Shown here one piece after another: positions 28,180 to 37,966 of a DNA stretch of 64,000 nt. Under the pieces are notes generated by a model. The model did no database searches. It was given only the letters and a program-made list of their open reading frames with translations, and was not told the DNA's origin. Source of the DNA: Bacteroidales bacterium. GTDB taxonomy: Bacteria > Bacteroidota > Bacteroidia > Bacteroidales > UBA12481. The stretch is from contig JAGLDP010000117.1 of the NCBI GenBank assembly GCA_023145515.1, positions 1,736 through 65,735 on the forward strand, in the 5' to 3' direction. The position numbers and the translations under genes are program-made. Each line of letters starts with the position of its first letter. Position 1 is the first letter of the stretch.

Positions 28180-30219
28180 TTACTTATCCAGCCATTTTGA
28201 CACCTTATCATACACAGCTTCAGCAGTATATCCAAATTTTTCATCTAATACTTCTGCAGGAGCTGAGTAACCAAAATGGTCTAATCCCGCGATCAATGAA
28301 TCCGCCCCTGCTAGTCCCGCCAAAGAAGAAGGCAGGCCAGCGGTTAATCCAAATACAGGAATATCAGAAGGAATTACAGTATTCTGGTAATCTTTATCCT
28401 GAAGTCTGAACAAGCCTTCTGATGGTGCAGATACCACTCTTACTTTCAAGCCCTTTCTTTGTTCCAATAATAGAGCGCCATCTAATAAGGTAGAAACTTC
28501 AGAACCGTTTCCAATCATAGTAACATCGGCACGCCCGTCAAACTCTTTCACAACATAAGCACCAAGCTCTGTTTGGAGAGCCTGAGTATAGGCATTACCT
28601 TCCTTCAGAACTGGTAAATCTGAAATATTTTGGCGAGACAGCAATAAAGCAGTTGGTGTCTTCTGGTTTTCAACAGCCAATTTCCAAGCTACAGTAGTTT
28701 CCATTGCATCTGCCGGACGAAGAACAATAACTGATGGTGCTCCAGAGTGATTCTTTAGCTGCTCCATTAAGCGAATCTGAGATTCATGCTCAATAGGTTG
28801 ATGCGTTGGGCCATCTTCTCCTACCCTGAAAGCATCATGAGTCCAAATATAAATAACCTGCAATTCCATCAGTCCGGCTAATCGAACCGCTGGTTTCATG
28901 TAATCTGAGAAAACAAAGAAAGTTCCACATGCAGGAATCAAGCCACCATGCACTGCTATTCCGTTGGCAATTGTGGCCATTGTCAGCTCTGACACACCCA
29001 CATGCATAAAAGCGCCTGAGAAATTTTTATGAGTGAAAGCGCTAGTCTTCTTCAAAAAGGAATCTGTTTTATCTGAATTAGCCAGATCAGCTGACATTAC
29101 GATCAAATTATCCAAATTTTCAGCCAGGTATTCTAAAACCGCACCCGATGCTGCCCGTGATGCAACATTATTTTTTTGAGAAATACTCTCCCAATCAAGC
29201 ACGGGAAGTGTTCCTGTCAACCATTTTTGTAATCTATCAGACTCTGAAGGATTTTCAGATTTCCATGCAAACTCCTTAGCCTTTCTCTCAGCTGCCTTTT
29301 CTTTCTTAGCCAGCTTAACTTTCTCATAATACTCAGCTACTTCAGGAAAGATAACAAAAGGGTTATCAGTACTCCCACCTAAGTTGATAACAGTTTTCTC
29401 AAAAGATGCTCCAGCCTTTGAAATCGGCTGACCGTGAGTAGAACTTTGTCCTTCAAAAGACTGACCATCAGCAACAACACAGCCTTTACCCATAACGGTT
29501 TCTCCGATAATCAAGACTGGCTTTTCTGTTTCACTAATCGCCTCTACCAGAGCTTTACGAATCTGATCCTGGTTATTGCCATCAATGGAATACACCTGCC
29601 AACCCCAAGCCTTATATTTAGAAGCAGTATCTTCAACAGTAACCGCAGAAGTATCTGTTGACAATTGAATATTATTAGAGTCATAAAACATCACCAGGTT
29701 ATTTAAACCCAAATATCCTGCTATCCGTCCTGCACCCTGACTAATCTCCTCCTGAATACCTCCATCCGAGATAAATGTGTAGATTTTATGCTCACTCCAG
29801 TCTCCAAAGCGATTAGCAATCACACGTTCAGCAATAGCGGCTCCAACAGCCATCGTATGTCCTTGTCCAAGCGGACCGCTGGTATTCTCAACACCTCTAC
29901 TAAAGTCTATTTCAGGATGACCAGGAGTTGGACTACCCCATTGGCGGAATTCTTTAATATCGTCAATAGAATAATGCCCCCTCAAGGTTAATGCTCCATA
30001 AAGCATGGGAGACATGTGTCCTGGATCTAAGAAAAATCTGTCGCGAAAAGCCCAATTCATATCATCAGGATCATACACAAGAAACTCTGAAAATAATACA
30101 TTTATGAAGTCAGCACCACCCATAGCTCCTCCTGGATGTCCGGATTTTGCCTTTTCAACCATTGCCGCTGATAAAAGACGAATATTGTCAGCAGCCTTAT
30201 CAATTACCTGTTTGTTCAT
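28180..30219 (-). CDS. tkt: transketolase
   Basis: 679 aa. SGHPGGAMGGADF, ThDP motif SDGGIQEEIS..N, HDAFRVGEDGPTHQPIE. Confidence 0.95.
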   Translation of the reverse strand: MNKQVIDKAADNIRLLSAAMVEKAKSGHPGGAMGGADFINVLFSEFLVYDPDDMNWAFRDRFFLDPGHMSPMLYGALTLRGHYSIDDIKEFRQWGSPTPGHPEIDFSRGVENTSGPLGQGHTMAVGAAIAERVIANRFGDWSEHKIYTFISDGGIQEEISQGAGRIAGYLGLNNLVMFYDSNNIQLSTDTSAVTVEDTASKYKAWGWQVYSIDGNNQDQIRKALVEAISETEKPVLIIGETVMGKGCVVADGQSFEGQSSTHGQPISKAGASFEKTVINLGGSTDNPFVIFPEVAEYYEKVKLAKKEKAAERKAKEFAWKSENPSESDRLQKWLTGTLPVLDWESISQKNNVASRAASGAVLEYLAENLDNLIVMSADLANSDKTDSFLKKTSAFTHKNFSGAFMHVGVSELTMATIANGIAVHGGLIPACGTFFVFSDYMKPAVRLAGLMELQVIYIWTHDAFRVGEDGPTHQPIEHESQIRLMEQLKNHSGAPSVIVLRPADAMETTVAWKLAVENQKTPTALLLSRQNISDLPVLKEGNAYTQALQTELGAYVVKEFDGRADVTMIGNGSEVSTLLDGALLLEQRKGLKVRVVSAPSEGLFRLQDKDYQNTVIPSDIPVFGLTAGLPSSLAGLAGADSLIAGLDHFGYSAPAEVLDEKFGYTAEAVYDKVSKWLDK

Positions 30220-30281
30220 AATAATATACGTTTTAGGGACAGAAAAGTACGCGCAAAAATAAGGCTTTAATATGGATTTTC

Positions 30282-30289
30282 TACCTTTG
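30282..30289 (+). promoter_or_regulatory. -7 type promoter box TAccTTTG for ychF
   Basis: 23 nt upstream of ATG 30313. Confidence 0.45.
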
Positions 30290-30312
30290 CGTTTTCAAAA
30301 TATATTGACATT

Positions 30313-31410
30313 ATGGGACTTCAATGTGGAATTATCGGTATCACTAATATTGGCAAGACAACTATATTTAACTGCATTTCGGATAATAAAGTAGAAACCA
30401 GCAACTTTGCTTTTAGTACAAACAAATCTAATCTCGGACAGGTCAAAGTGCCGGATGCCAGGTTAAAAAAGATTGACACCTTTATTAATTCTGTCAAGAT
30501 TGTGCCAACGAGTATGGAAATCATTGACATTCCAGGATTAGCAAAAGGATCGAGTCAAGGTGAAGGAGTTGGTAATAGCTTCTTGTCTGATATCAGAAAT
30601 TGTGATGCATTAATCCACGTTATTCGGTGCTTTGATGATGAAAATCTGGTACATATTGATGTTAGCATTGACCCTGTACGCGATAAAGAGACCATTGACT
30701 TTGAGCTGCAGGTTACTGATTTAGAGTCTGTTGACAAGAGGATTCAAAAATGGGAAAGAGCTGTAAAGACTGGAGACAAGCAGGCCAAAGTAGCCCTTGA
30801 GGTTCTTGCAAAATGCAAAAGTCACCTTGAGGATCTCAATAATCTACGCACTCTTGATTTGAAACCTGAAGATTATCAGTTTATCAGTGAACTATCGCTT
30901 CTAACTCTTAAGCCGGTAATGTTTGTATGTAATGTAGACGATGAATCAGCGGTTAAGGGAAATAAATATGTTGATCAATTCAAGGCTGCTATGACTGATG
31001 AAAATGAGGAAGTTCTTTTGATAGCTGGCAAAATTGAATCAGAAATTACTGAGTTGGAAGATGAAGAAGACCGCCAAAGCTTTCTGGGAGATCTGGGATT
31101 GGAGGAGCCTGGGGTTAATAAACTAATTCGTTCAGCCTTCAGCATGTTGAATCTCCAAACCTTTTTCACTGCCGGTCCAAAAGAGATTAAAGCCTGGACT
31201 ATACGAAAAGGGATGTCGGCACCCGAAGCAGCTGGAGTAATTCACAGTGATTTGCAAAGAGGATTTATCAGGGCTGAAGTCATGAAATATCAGGATTTCA
31301 TTAAGCTGGGGTCTGAATCGGCCTGCAGAGATGTTGGGAAATTGTATATTGAAGGAAAAAAGTACATTGTAGCAGATGGTGATATTCTCCATATTCGATT
31401 TAATGTTTAA
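30313..31410 (+). CDS. ychF: redox-regulated ATPase YchF
   Basis: 365 aa. P-loop GIIGITNIGKTTIFN, coiled-coil insert, and a TGS-type C-terminus (IHSDLQRGFIRAEV ... DGDILHIRFNV). Confidence 0.93.
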   Translation: MGLQCGIIGITNIGKTTIFNCISDNKVETSNFAFSTNKSNLGQVKVPDARLKKIDTFINSVKIVPTSMEIIDIPGLAKGSSQGEGVGNSFLSDIRNCDALIHVIRCFDDENLVHIDVSIDPVRDKETIDFELQVTDLESVDKRIQKWERAVKTGDKQAKVALEVLAKCKSHLEDLNNLRTLDLKPEDYQFISELSLLTLKPVMFVCNVDDESAVKGNKYVDQFKAAMTDENEEVLLIAGKIESEITELEDEEDRQSFLGDLGLEEPGVNKLIRSAFSMLNLQTFFTAGPKEIKAWTIRKGMSAPEAAGVIHSDLQRGFIRAEVMKYQDFIKLGSESACRDVGKLYIEGKKYIVADGDILHIRFNV

Positions 31411-31419
31411 GACACAGAT

Positions 31420-33057
31420 ATGAGTAGGTTCTTCCTTCAGGTAGTGATCTGTCTTTTGTTTTTCATCTCCTGTGCAATGCCTTCATCTGCACAAGACAAA
31501 GCTAAACCTGCTTTAATAGTAACTATTGTGGTTGATCCTTTGCCTGCCTCATGGATTGAGCAAATGACAGACCAAATGGGATCTGGAGGAATAAAAAAAC
31601 TACTGCTTCAAGGAAGTGTTTTCAGCAATGCCCATACTGGCCAAATCCTTTCAAACAGATCGTCTTCTATTTCCTCAATATCTACCGGAGCACCACCATC
31701 TGTTCATGGAGTTGTAGGTATGACATGGTATGATCGTCTTAGGAAAGAAGAAATCTCGAGCACCGAAGATTACCAAATCCGATCCATGACAGAATACGGC
31801 CATCGGGCCAAGCACAGTGCTCACCAGCTTTTAGTTACCAGTTTTGGAGATCAGCTGAAAAATAACACAGAAGGAAAAGTTATCTCTATCTGTCTGGAGC
31901 CTGACGGAGCCATTCTGGGGGGCGGACATCAAACTGATGGAACATATTGGTTTGACTCACATTCTGGTCGCTGGATTTCTAATGCCAAATTCGTTACGTC
32001 GATACCCCAATGGGTCATTGATTTCAACAATAATAATCATCCCGATCAGTATTTAACTCAGGAATGGGATCTTCTAAGCGGCTCAAGTCAATACCCAAAT
32101 GCAGTTTTAGATAATAGTCCTTTTGAAATTGGACTATTTGGGAGCAAGACCACTTTCCCTTATAAGCTGAAGCGGTTAACAAGAAACTCCACCGAAGGAG
32201 AATATGAAATACTTCGACATACTCCCTTTGGTAACACCATGACCACAGATTTTACTATTGCTGCTTTGCACAATGAGAAACTAGGCCAGACTGAATCAAC
32301 GGATTACCTGAATATCACATTTACTGCCTTCGAAAAAATCATATCCTTGTATGGATATGAGAGTCAAGAGGCTGTGGATGCTTTACTTCGTCTGGATCTT
32401 GAGATTCAGCATCTTCTGTATATTCTGGAAGAAAATGTTGGTCGTGATAATATCCTGATCATATTTACATCCACACATGGAATCAGCTGGAATACTGATC
32501 TGGCTACTTCAAGAAATCTTCCAGCCGGGCGCTTTAGATCAAGAAATTCGATTGCCCTACTAAACTCATATCTTTCAGCTATTTATGGCGAAAATTACTG
32601 GATTGAAAACTATCTTAATCAGCAAATATATCTTGATCAAACTTTGATTGATCAGAATAAAATTCCGATTGAAGATATTCAAGAAAAAGCCGCTCGATTC
32701 ATGATCCAGTTCCATGGAGTTTCTGATGCTTTTACTGCCAATCAATTAAGCTCAGCCAAAGTCATTAATCCTAAAGGATCAATTTACCAGAATGCCTTTC
32801 ACTCAAATAGGTCAGGTGATATCTTACTAATTCTAAAACCCGGATGGATCGAGGACGAAAATTTTGTGTGCAATCATCTTTCTCCATATCCATACGACCA
32901 AAAAATTCCTTTGATTCTTTGGGGAGGATCTGTAAGCTCCAAAACTATTAAGGAACAAGTTCAATTAACTGATATTGCCCCAAGTTTGTCAGAGCTAACG
33001 GGTATTCCTCTGCCAAATGGATGCAATGGACAGTCTTTTATAAAGTTAATCTATTGA
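31420..33057 (+). CDS. secreted alkaline phosphatase superfamily protein (nucleotide pyrophosphatase/phosphodiesterase-like, divergent motifs)
   Basis: 545 aa with a signal peptide. STGAPPSVHGVVGM resembles the NPP TGxxPxxHG segment. IIFTSTHGIS sits where SDHG is usual. Family level only. Confidence 0.7.
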   Translation: MSRFFLQVVICLLFFISCAMPSSAQDKAKPALIVTIVVDPLPASWIEQMTDQMGSGGIKKLLLQGSVFSNAHTGQILSNRSSSISSISTGAPPSVHGVVGMTWYDRLRKEEISSTEDYQIRSMTEYGHRAKHSAHQLLVTSFGDQLKNNTEGKVISICLEPDGAILGGGHQTDGTYWFDSHSGRWISNAKFVTSIPQWVIDFNNNNHPDQYLTQEWDLLSGSSQYPNAVLDNSPFEIGLFGSKTTFPYKLKRLTRNSTEGEYEILRHTPFGNTMTTDFTIAALHNEKLGQTESTDYLNITFTAFEKIISLYGYESQEAVDALLRLDLEIQHLLYILEENVGRDNILIIFTSTHGISWNTDLATSRNLPAGRFRSRNSIALLNSYLSAIYGENYWIENYLNQQIYLDQTLIDQNKIPIEDIQEKAARFMIQFHGVSDAFTANQLSSAKVINPKGSIYQNAFHSNRSGDILLILKPGWIEDENFVCNHLSPYPYDQKIPLILWGGSVSSKTIKEQVQLTDIAPSLSELTGIPLPNGCNGQSFIKLIY

Positions 33058-33060
33058 TCA

Positions 33061-34641
33061 ATGTTTTGTAAGCGTGAAAAATCTAAAATATTACATTGGT
33101 TAGTATTGATAATCATTCAAACAAGCTTCTTGATGCCAGCATCATCACAGGAAGCATATTGGGTTACACTAAAAGACAAATCAGGATCATCGCTAAATCC
33201 AGATATTTATTATAGTCCAAAATCTATCGAGAGAAGAGTTCAGCATCATTTGCCGCTAGTAGAATTCACAGACCTGCCGGTTTCAGAAACATATCTTGAA
33301 GCTCTATCTTACTTGTCTGATTCTGTATTTGGTTCAAGCAGATGGTTAAATACTGTAATGGTCTCAGCTAATGACCTGCAGATAAAAACTATTTCAGAAC
33401 AGAGCTTTGTTCAAAAAATATTCAGAGCAAATTCGAAAGAAGCAATTTTGGCTTCGCACAAATCACCTGCATCTGACCGTTTTGAGAAAACCAGAAAACA
33501 ACAGCTTGAAAGTCTGGGATATAGCTTCATAAATAAACTAGGACTAACAGGAAAAGGCATCACTATAGCTATCTTCGATGGAGGATTTCCTGGAGTTAAT
33601 AAGCATGAAGGACTAAAGTATTTGATTGATAACAAGCAGATTAATGACTCATGGAATTTTCCCGGAAAATCATCTGAAGTATATAAATACCACCCTCACG
33701 GAACGGCTGTATTATCTTGTATAGCGGGTAAATACGAAGGAAGGCCAACAGGGCTTGCTACTGAGGCTTCCTTCCTTTTAGCCCGAACTGAACTAAGGAG
33801 AGAACCATGGAAAGAGCAACTATATTGGATTCAGGCTGCGGAATGGGCAGATAAAAATGGCGCAGACATTATTTGCTCTGCCCTTGGATATACTTCTGAG
33901 CACTACTTCCCAGAAGAAATGGATGGATCTTCTCCGGTCGCAGAAGCTGCACGAATAGCATATAATAAAGGAATACTGGTTATCAATTCCTTAGGTAATG
34001 ATGGAGAAGGTAAGTGGAAAACTCTTGGCACACCAGCAGATGCGGAAGAAGTGCTGAGTGTAGGTGCCCTCAATATCGAAACTGGTGTCAAAATGGGGTT
34101 CAGCTCTTTTGGTCCGAACCACAATGGCGTCATGAAGCCTAATGTTATGGCTTCAGGCAAAGTACTTGCGGCTACACCTAAAAACTGGAAAGTTATGTAT
34201 GGCACATCATTTTCAGCGCCACTGATTGCAGGCTATGCAGCATGCCTATGGGAAGAATTCCCCCAACTCACAAACAAACAGTTGTTCAAACTGATTGAGC
34301 AAACAGGAAATCTTTATCCCTACTTTGATTACGCTCATGGATTTGGAATTCCAAGCGCAGAAAGAATATCGATACTTGAAAAAGATTTTGAGCATAAAGC
34401 CCTGAATGTCAACATTACAGATAACAAGCTGAAGGTAATAATCCCCTTAGAAAATGTGAACGAGGAATCTGTGCTACTATATTATCACATAGAGAATCAA
34501 AAGGGTAGAATATCAGAGTATAAAGTAATAAAAAGCTTTCCTGGAGATACAATCAACATTGAATTTACTACCAACGAAGAGAAACAAATAATCCGTCTTC
34601 GTTCGGGTAAATATTACTCACAAATAAATCTGGAAAAATGA
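33061..34641 (+). CDS. S8 family (subtilisin-like) serine peptidase
   Basis: 526 aa. Catalytic triad contexts IAIFDGGF (Asp), HGTAVLSCIAG (His), GTSFSAPLIAG (Ser). There is a 3-nt gap after the upstream gene. Confidence 0.85.
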   Translation: MFCKREKSKILHWLVLIIIQTSFLMPASSQEAYWVTLKDKSGSSLNPDIYYSPKSIERRVQHHLPLVEFTDLPVSETYLEALSYLSDSVFGSSRWLNTVMVSANDLQIKTISEQSFVQKIFRANSKEAILASHKSPASDRFEKTRKQQLESLGYSFINKLGLTGKGITIAIFDGGFPGVNKHEGLKYLIDNKQINDSWNFPGKSSEVYKYHPHGTAVLSCIAGKYEGRPTGLATEASFLLARTELRREPWKEQLYWIQAAEWADKNGADIICSALGYTSEHYFPEEMDGSSPVAEAARIAYNKGILVINSLGNDGEGKWKTLGTPADAEEVLSVGALNIETGVKMGFSSFGPNHNGVMKPNVMASGKVLAATPKNWKVMYGTSFSAPLIAGYAACLWEEFPQLTNKQLFKLIEQTGNLYPYFDYAHGFGIPSAERISILEKDFEHKALNVNITDNKLKVIIPLENVNEESVLLYYHIENQKGRISEYKVIKSFPGDTINIEFTTNEEKQIIRLRSGKYYSQINLEK

Positions 34642-35360
34642 AACTCAAAATAATTAGCATCATATTTTTTGTTGCCAATCTTACAGTTTTCCCGGTATCC
34701 GGGCAAGAAGTATTAATAGACGAGGCACCTGAGACTAGTACTGATCAAGGGTCATGGGGACCAAATAGGAATAACTATATCCAGTTAACCTTTTACAGAG
34801 GTCAATATCTACCAATAGGTGGTGTCATGTTAGAAACCAAAACAATTCAGAACCTATCAACAGGAGTTCAGTTGCAGTACAAAAGAAAAATAAATAATAC
34901 ATTCTCTGGCATTGTCGAGGCTGTTTATAATTCAGATCAGTTTGGTCTCAATTGTGATAAACCATCACAAATAAATGGTGCTACTAGTTATTATAAGGAG
35001 CAACTCATAATGCATTCTGCCGGCATCAATACGCTATTTCGCGTAAATATTGACAAAAAGAGAGGCAATCATCTGGGACAATACCTTGAAGTTGGTCTTT
35101 TCGTAGATTATTTATTTATCAGCAATCACATTGGATTCTCTGATGGCTCAGCAAGTTCAGGTAAATTCAAAAAAGTAAAAGTTACTGAATCAGGATTGAA
35201 CTATATTAATCCATTGCAGTATGGCTATATGATAAGGATTGGTATGGATAAGTATGGTCTGTTTTACAAAAACAGGTTTACATATTGGATAAATGACCCA
35301 ACAATTAATGGCTTTTTACCTTCCCATCAGCTAGGTATAGTTTATTCTTTTACAGATTAG
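34638..35360 (+). CDS. hypothetical small outer-membrane beta-barrel protein
   Basis: 240 aa with a signal peptide, alternating hydrophobic beta-strand pattern and a C-terminal aromatic end (GIVYSFTD). ATGA overlap with the S8 gene. Confidence 0.5.
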   Translation: MKLKIISIIFFVANLTVFPVSGQEVLIDEAPETSTDQGSWGPNRNNYIQLTFYRGQYLPIGGVMLETKTIQNLSTGVQLQYKRKINNTFSGIVEAVYNSDQFGLNCDKPSQINGATSYYKEQLIMHSAGINTLFRVNIDKKRGNHLGQYLEVGLFVDYLFISNHIGFSDGSASSGKFKKVKVTESGLNYINPLQYGYMIRIGMDKYGLFYKNRFTYWINDPTINGFLPSHQLGIVYSFTD

Positions 35361-36102
35361 CCTGAATAGTTACTTCCATCACTTCTGTCAGGAATTCAGG
35401 GTTTTCTTCAACCCGATTTCCGACAACAATAATATCTGCACCAGCTTCATAAGCCAACAGAGCTTCAGCAGCTGAACGTATTCCGCCTCCAACTATTAAA
35501 GGAACACTAATAGCATTGGAAACAGCACTAATAATTTGCTTAGGAATTGGACGAAGAGCACCACTACCCGCATCCATATAAATCAGTTTATGTCCGAGCA
35601 TTTCCCCAGCCAAGGCAGTTGCAACAGCAAGGTCTGGTTTATTATCAGGAATAGGCATTGTTTGACTAATGTACTCTACTGTAGTAGTTTGACCTCCATT
35701 GATTAGCATATAACCGGTAGGAATAACTTCCAGCTTGTGCTTTTTAACAAAAGGTGCGGCAATAACGTGGTTCCCAATTAAGTATTCAGGATTTCTACCA
35801 GAAATAAGAGATAAAAATAGTATTGAATCTGCCTCAGAGCTTACTTGCAAAGCAGAACCAGGAAATAATACCAGAGGCAAATCTGTCATCTGCCTAAGCT
35901 GCTGAAAAACAGGTCCAAGGTGATTAAACACCAAACTGCCACCCACAAGTATAAATTTGGCCTGTGCCTTAACAGCTAAAGAAACACACTTCTCAAGGTA
36001 TTCCTGGTCAGACTTATCAGGGTCAATCAGAAGGGCAAAGCCCTTTTCTTTCTTCATGCCCTTTTCCAATGTGGGAAGAATCATTTTTTTGTATGCTCCC
36101 AT
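35350..36102 (-). CDS. geranylgeranylglyceryl phosphate synthase family protein (GGGPS/PcrB-type prenyltransferase)
   Basis: 250 aa. LIDPDK, VGGS, LSLISGRNPEYLIG, YMDAGSGA, GGGIRS, AGADIIVVGN all match the PcrB/GGGPS TIM-barrel family. An alternative ATG at 36084 forms an ATGA overlap with the gldD stop. Confidence 0.85.
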   Translation of the reverse strand: MGAYKKMILPTLEKGMKKEKGFALLIDPDKSDQEYLEKCVSLAVKAQAKFILVGGSLVFNHLGPVFQQLRQMTDLPLVLFPGSALQVSSEADSILFLSLISGRNPEYLIGNHVIAAPFVKKHKLEVIPTGYMLINGGQTTTVEYISQTMPIPDNKPDLAVATALAGEMLGHKLIYMDAGSGALRPIPKQIISAVSNAISVPLIVGGGIRSAAEALLAYEAGADIIVVGNRVEENPEFLTEVMEVTIQANL

Positions 36103-36674
36103 TCTAAAGATTGTATTAATACTCTAATATCCTTACTTATAAACTCTATCACTGGCGCAAGCGAATCCTTGTTGGGCTCAGTATCAAAGTATAAAGCTCC
36201 TCGCAAAAAGTGACTTGAGCTGTCTGTGCAAAAAAACTGCAAAGAGGAAGCTGTATTGCCTTTGATTTCATATACAATTCCATAAACATCAGGAACTGAA
36301 TGCGCAAACTTACTTTGCACAATAGCCTCAGCTTTTATGCTATGCTTATAAGCAAAAGTGTGCGCATCTTCTATGAGCTTTGCAAGGTTCTCATCAACAT
36401 ATTTATGCGTCAAGTAAATATGGGCAGAAAAATCCGGAAAATCAACATTAAGCCAATCTTCAGATTCATTAGTGCTTGAATATTGTCCGCTATATTGGCT
36501 AAGCTCAGCATATTTAGGAACAAGGAAATGAAATGGAAAACCCTGAGGCAAAGAGTCATATTCCTTTGCAGGAAAATCTATTCTAAAATACCCTCTTGGT
36601 TTTGGAGTATAAGAATTATGGCAGGATAATAATCCTATCATAAGAAAACCTATCAAGACAAATTTTATTTTCAT
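36081..36674 (-). CDS. gldD: gliding motility lipoprotein GldD
   Basis: 197 aa. Lipobox LLSC followed by TPKPRGYFRIDFP, the characteristic GldD N-terminus as I recall it. Directly downstream of gldE. Confidence 0.8.
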   Translation of the reverse strand: MKIKFVLIGFLMIGLLSCHNSYTPKPRGYFRIDFPAKEYDSLPQGFPFHFLVPKYAELSQYSGQYSSTNESEDWLNVDFPDFSAHIYLTHKYVDENLAKLIEDAHTFAYKHSIKAEAIVQSKFAHSVPDVYGIVYEIKGNTASSLQFFCTDSSSHFLRGALYFDTEPNKDSLAPVIEFISKDIRVLIQSLEWEHTKK

Positions 36675-36694
36675 TAATCTATTATAAGGCTTGA

Positions 36695-37957
36695 TTAAGG
36701 TATTTCAACCCTCACTCGGCTAATTCTTCTTTGATCAACCGCCGCAATGACAAAAGAAAATCCATTATAAGTAAAACGATCATTCTTGTCGGGTATTTCC
36801 CCGTTAAGTTCAAGAATTAATCCAGCTAGTGTTTCAGCCTCACCCTTGATAGAGTTAAAAGCTTCATCCGGCAAGCTTAAAACCCGATAAAAATCATTGA
36901 GAAGAATCTTAGCCTCAAATATATAAGTCTTCTGATCAATTTTCTCAAATAGGTCTTGGTCTTCGTCAGACTCGTCACTAATTTCCCCAACAATTTCTTC
37001 AAGAATATCCTCAAGAGTTACTAACCCAGCTGTACCTCCGTATTCATCCACAACAAGTGCCAGGTGAATTTTTTGCTTTTGAAACTCCTCTAACAGATCA
37101 TTGATCTTTTTATTCATAGGCACAAAATATGGGGGCCTGATCAACGATTGCCACCTAAAAGTGCTTGGCTTATTGATGTGTGGAAGTAAATCTTTCACAT
37201 AGAGGACTCCCTGCACATGATCAAAATCATTAATATAAACTGGGATTCTGGAATATCCTGTTTCTGTAATTATTTGGAGTAGGTCCTGGAAACTTGAAGA
37301 TATACTCAGTGCTACAACATCAACACGTGATTTCATCACCTCTCTCACATCGGTTTGTCCGAATTTAACAATCCCTTTGAGAATCTTTTCATCTTCATCT
37401 AGTTCTTCACCTGTTAACTCCAGTGCCTGAGATAAATCATCCATGCTAATGTTATGCTTTTTCTCCTTTATTCGTTTTTGGACATGGGATGTTGAGCGTA
37501 TAAGAATACTTGCCAGAGGTTTAAATAATACTCTTAAAGTTTGAACAGGAATAGCCATGAAATACACAAACTTCAAGCTAAATCTGCTTGCATATACCTT
37601 AGGGATAATTTCTCCGATCAATAATATAATGAAGGTAATGACAATTGTTTGAAGGATAAATCCCAAAACGGGCAAAGAAGAAAAATCGAAAAGGCTATGA
37701 AAAACCCATGTAGAAAGGATAACAATAGATACATTAATAAAATTATTGGCTATAAGTATTGTAGCCAATAGGCTCTCCGGTTGGTCCAGCAAATCTTTCG
37801 CTGTCTTTGATGCACGACTCTTACGCTCTTCCAGTCGAGACACATCAGATGGTCTCAAGGAAAAGAAGGCAACTTCAGAGCCAGAAATCAAAGCAGAGGC
37901 AATAAGCAATATGGCAATAACAACAATGCCAATAAAAACACCAACCGAAAAACCCAT
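36695..37957 (-). CDS. gldE: gliding motility-associated protein GldE (DUF21-CBS-CorC/HlyC family)
   Basis: 420 aa. N-terminal multi-TM DUF21 region, CBS pair and CorC_HlyC C-terminal domain. ssb-gldE-gldD order matches that described for Flavobacterium johnsoniae. Confidence 0.85.
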   Translation of the reverse strand: MGFSVGVFIGIVVIAILLIASALISGSEVAFFSLRPSDVSRLEERKSRASKTAKDLLDQPESLLATILIANNFINVSIVILSTWVFHSLFDFSSLPVLGFILQTIVITFIILLIGEIIPKVYASRFSLKFVYFMAIPVQTLRVLFKPLASILIRSTSHVQKRIKEKKHNISMDDLSQALELTGEELDEDEKILKGIVKFGQTDVREVMKSRVDVVALSISSSFQDLLQIITETGYSRIPVYINDFDHVQGVLYVKDLLPHINKPSTFRWQSLIRPPYFVPMNKKINDLLEEFQKQKIHLALVVDEYGGTAGLVTLEDILEEIVGEISDESDEDQDLFEKIDQKTYIFEAKILLNDFYRVLSLPDEAFNSIKGEAETLAGLILELNGEIPDKNDRFTYNGFSFVIAAVDQRRISRVRVEIP

Positions 37958-37966
37958 GCTAGTTAA

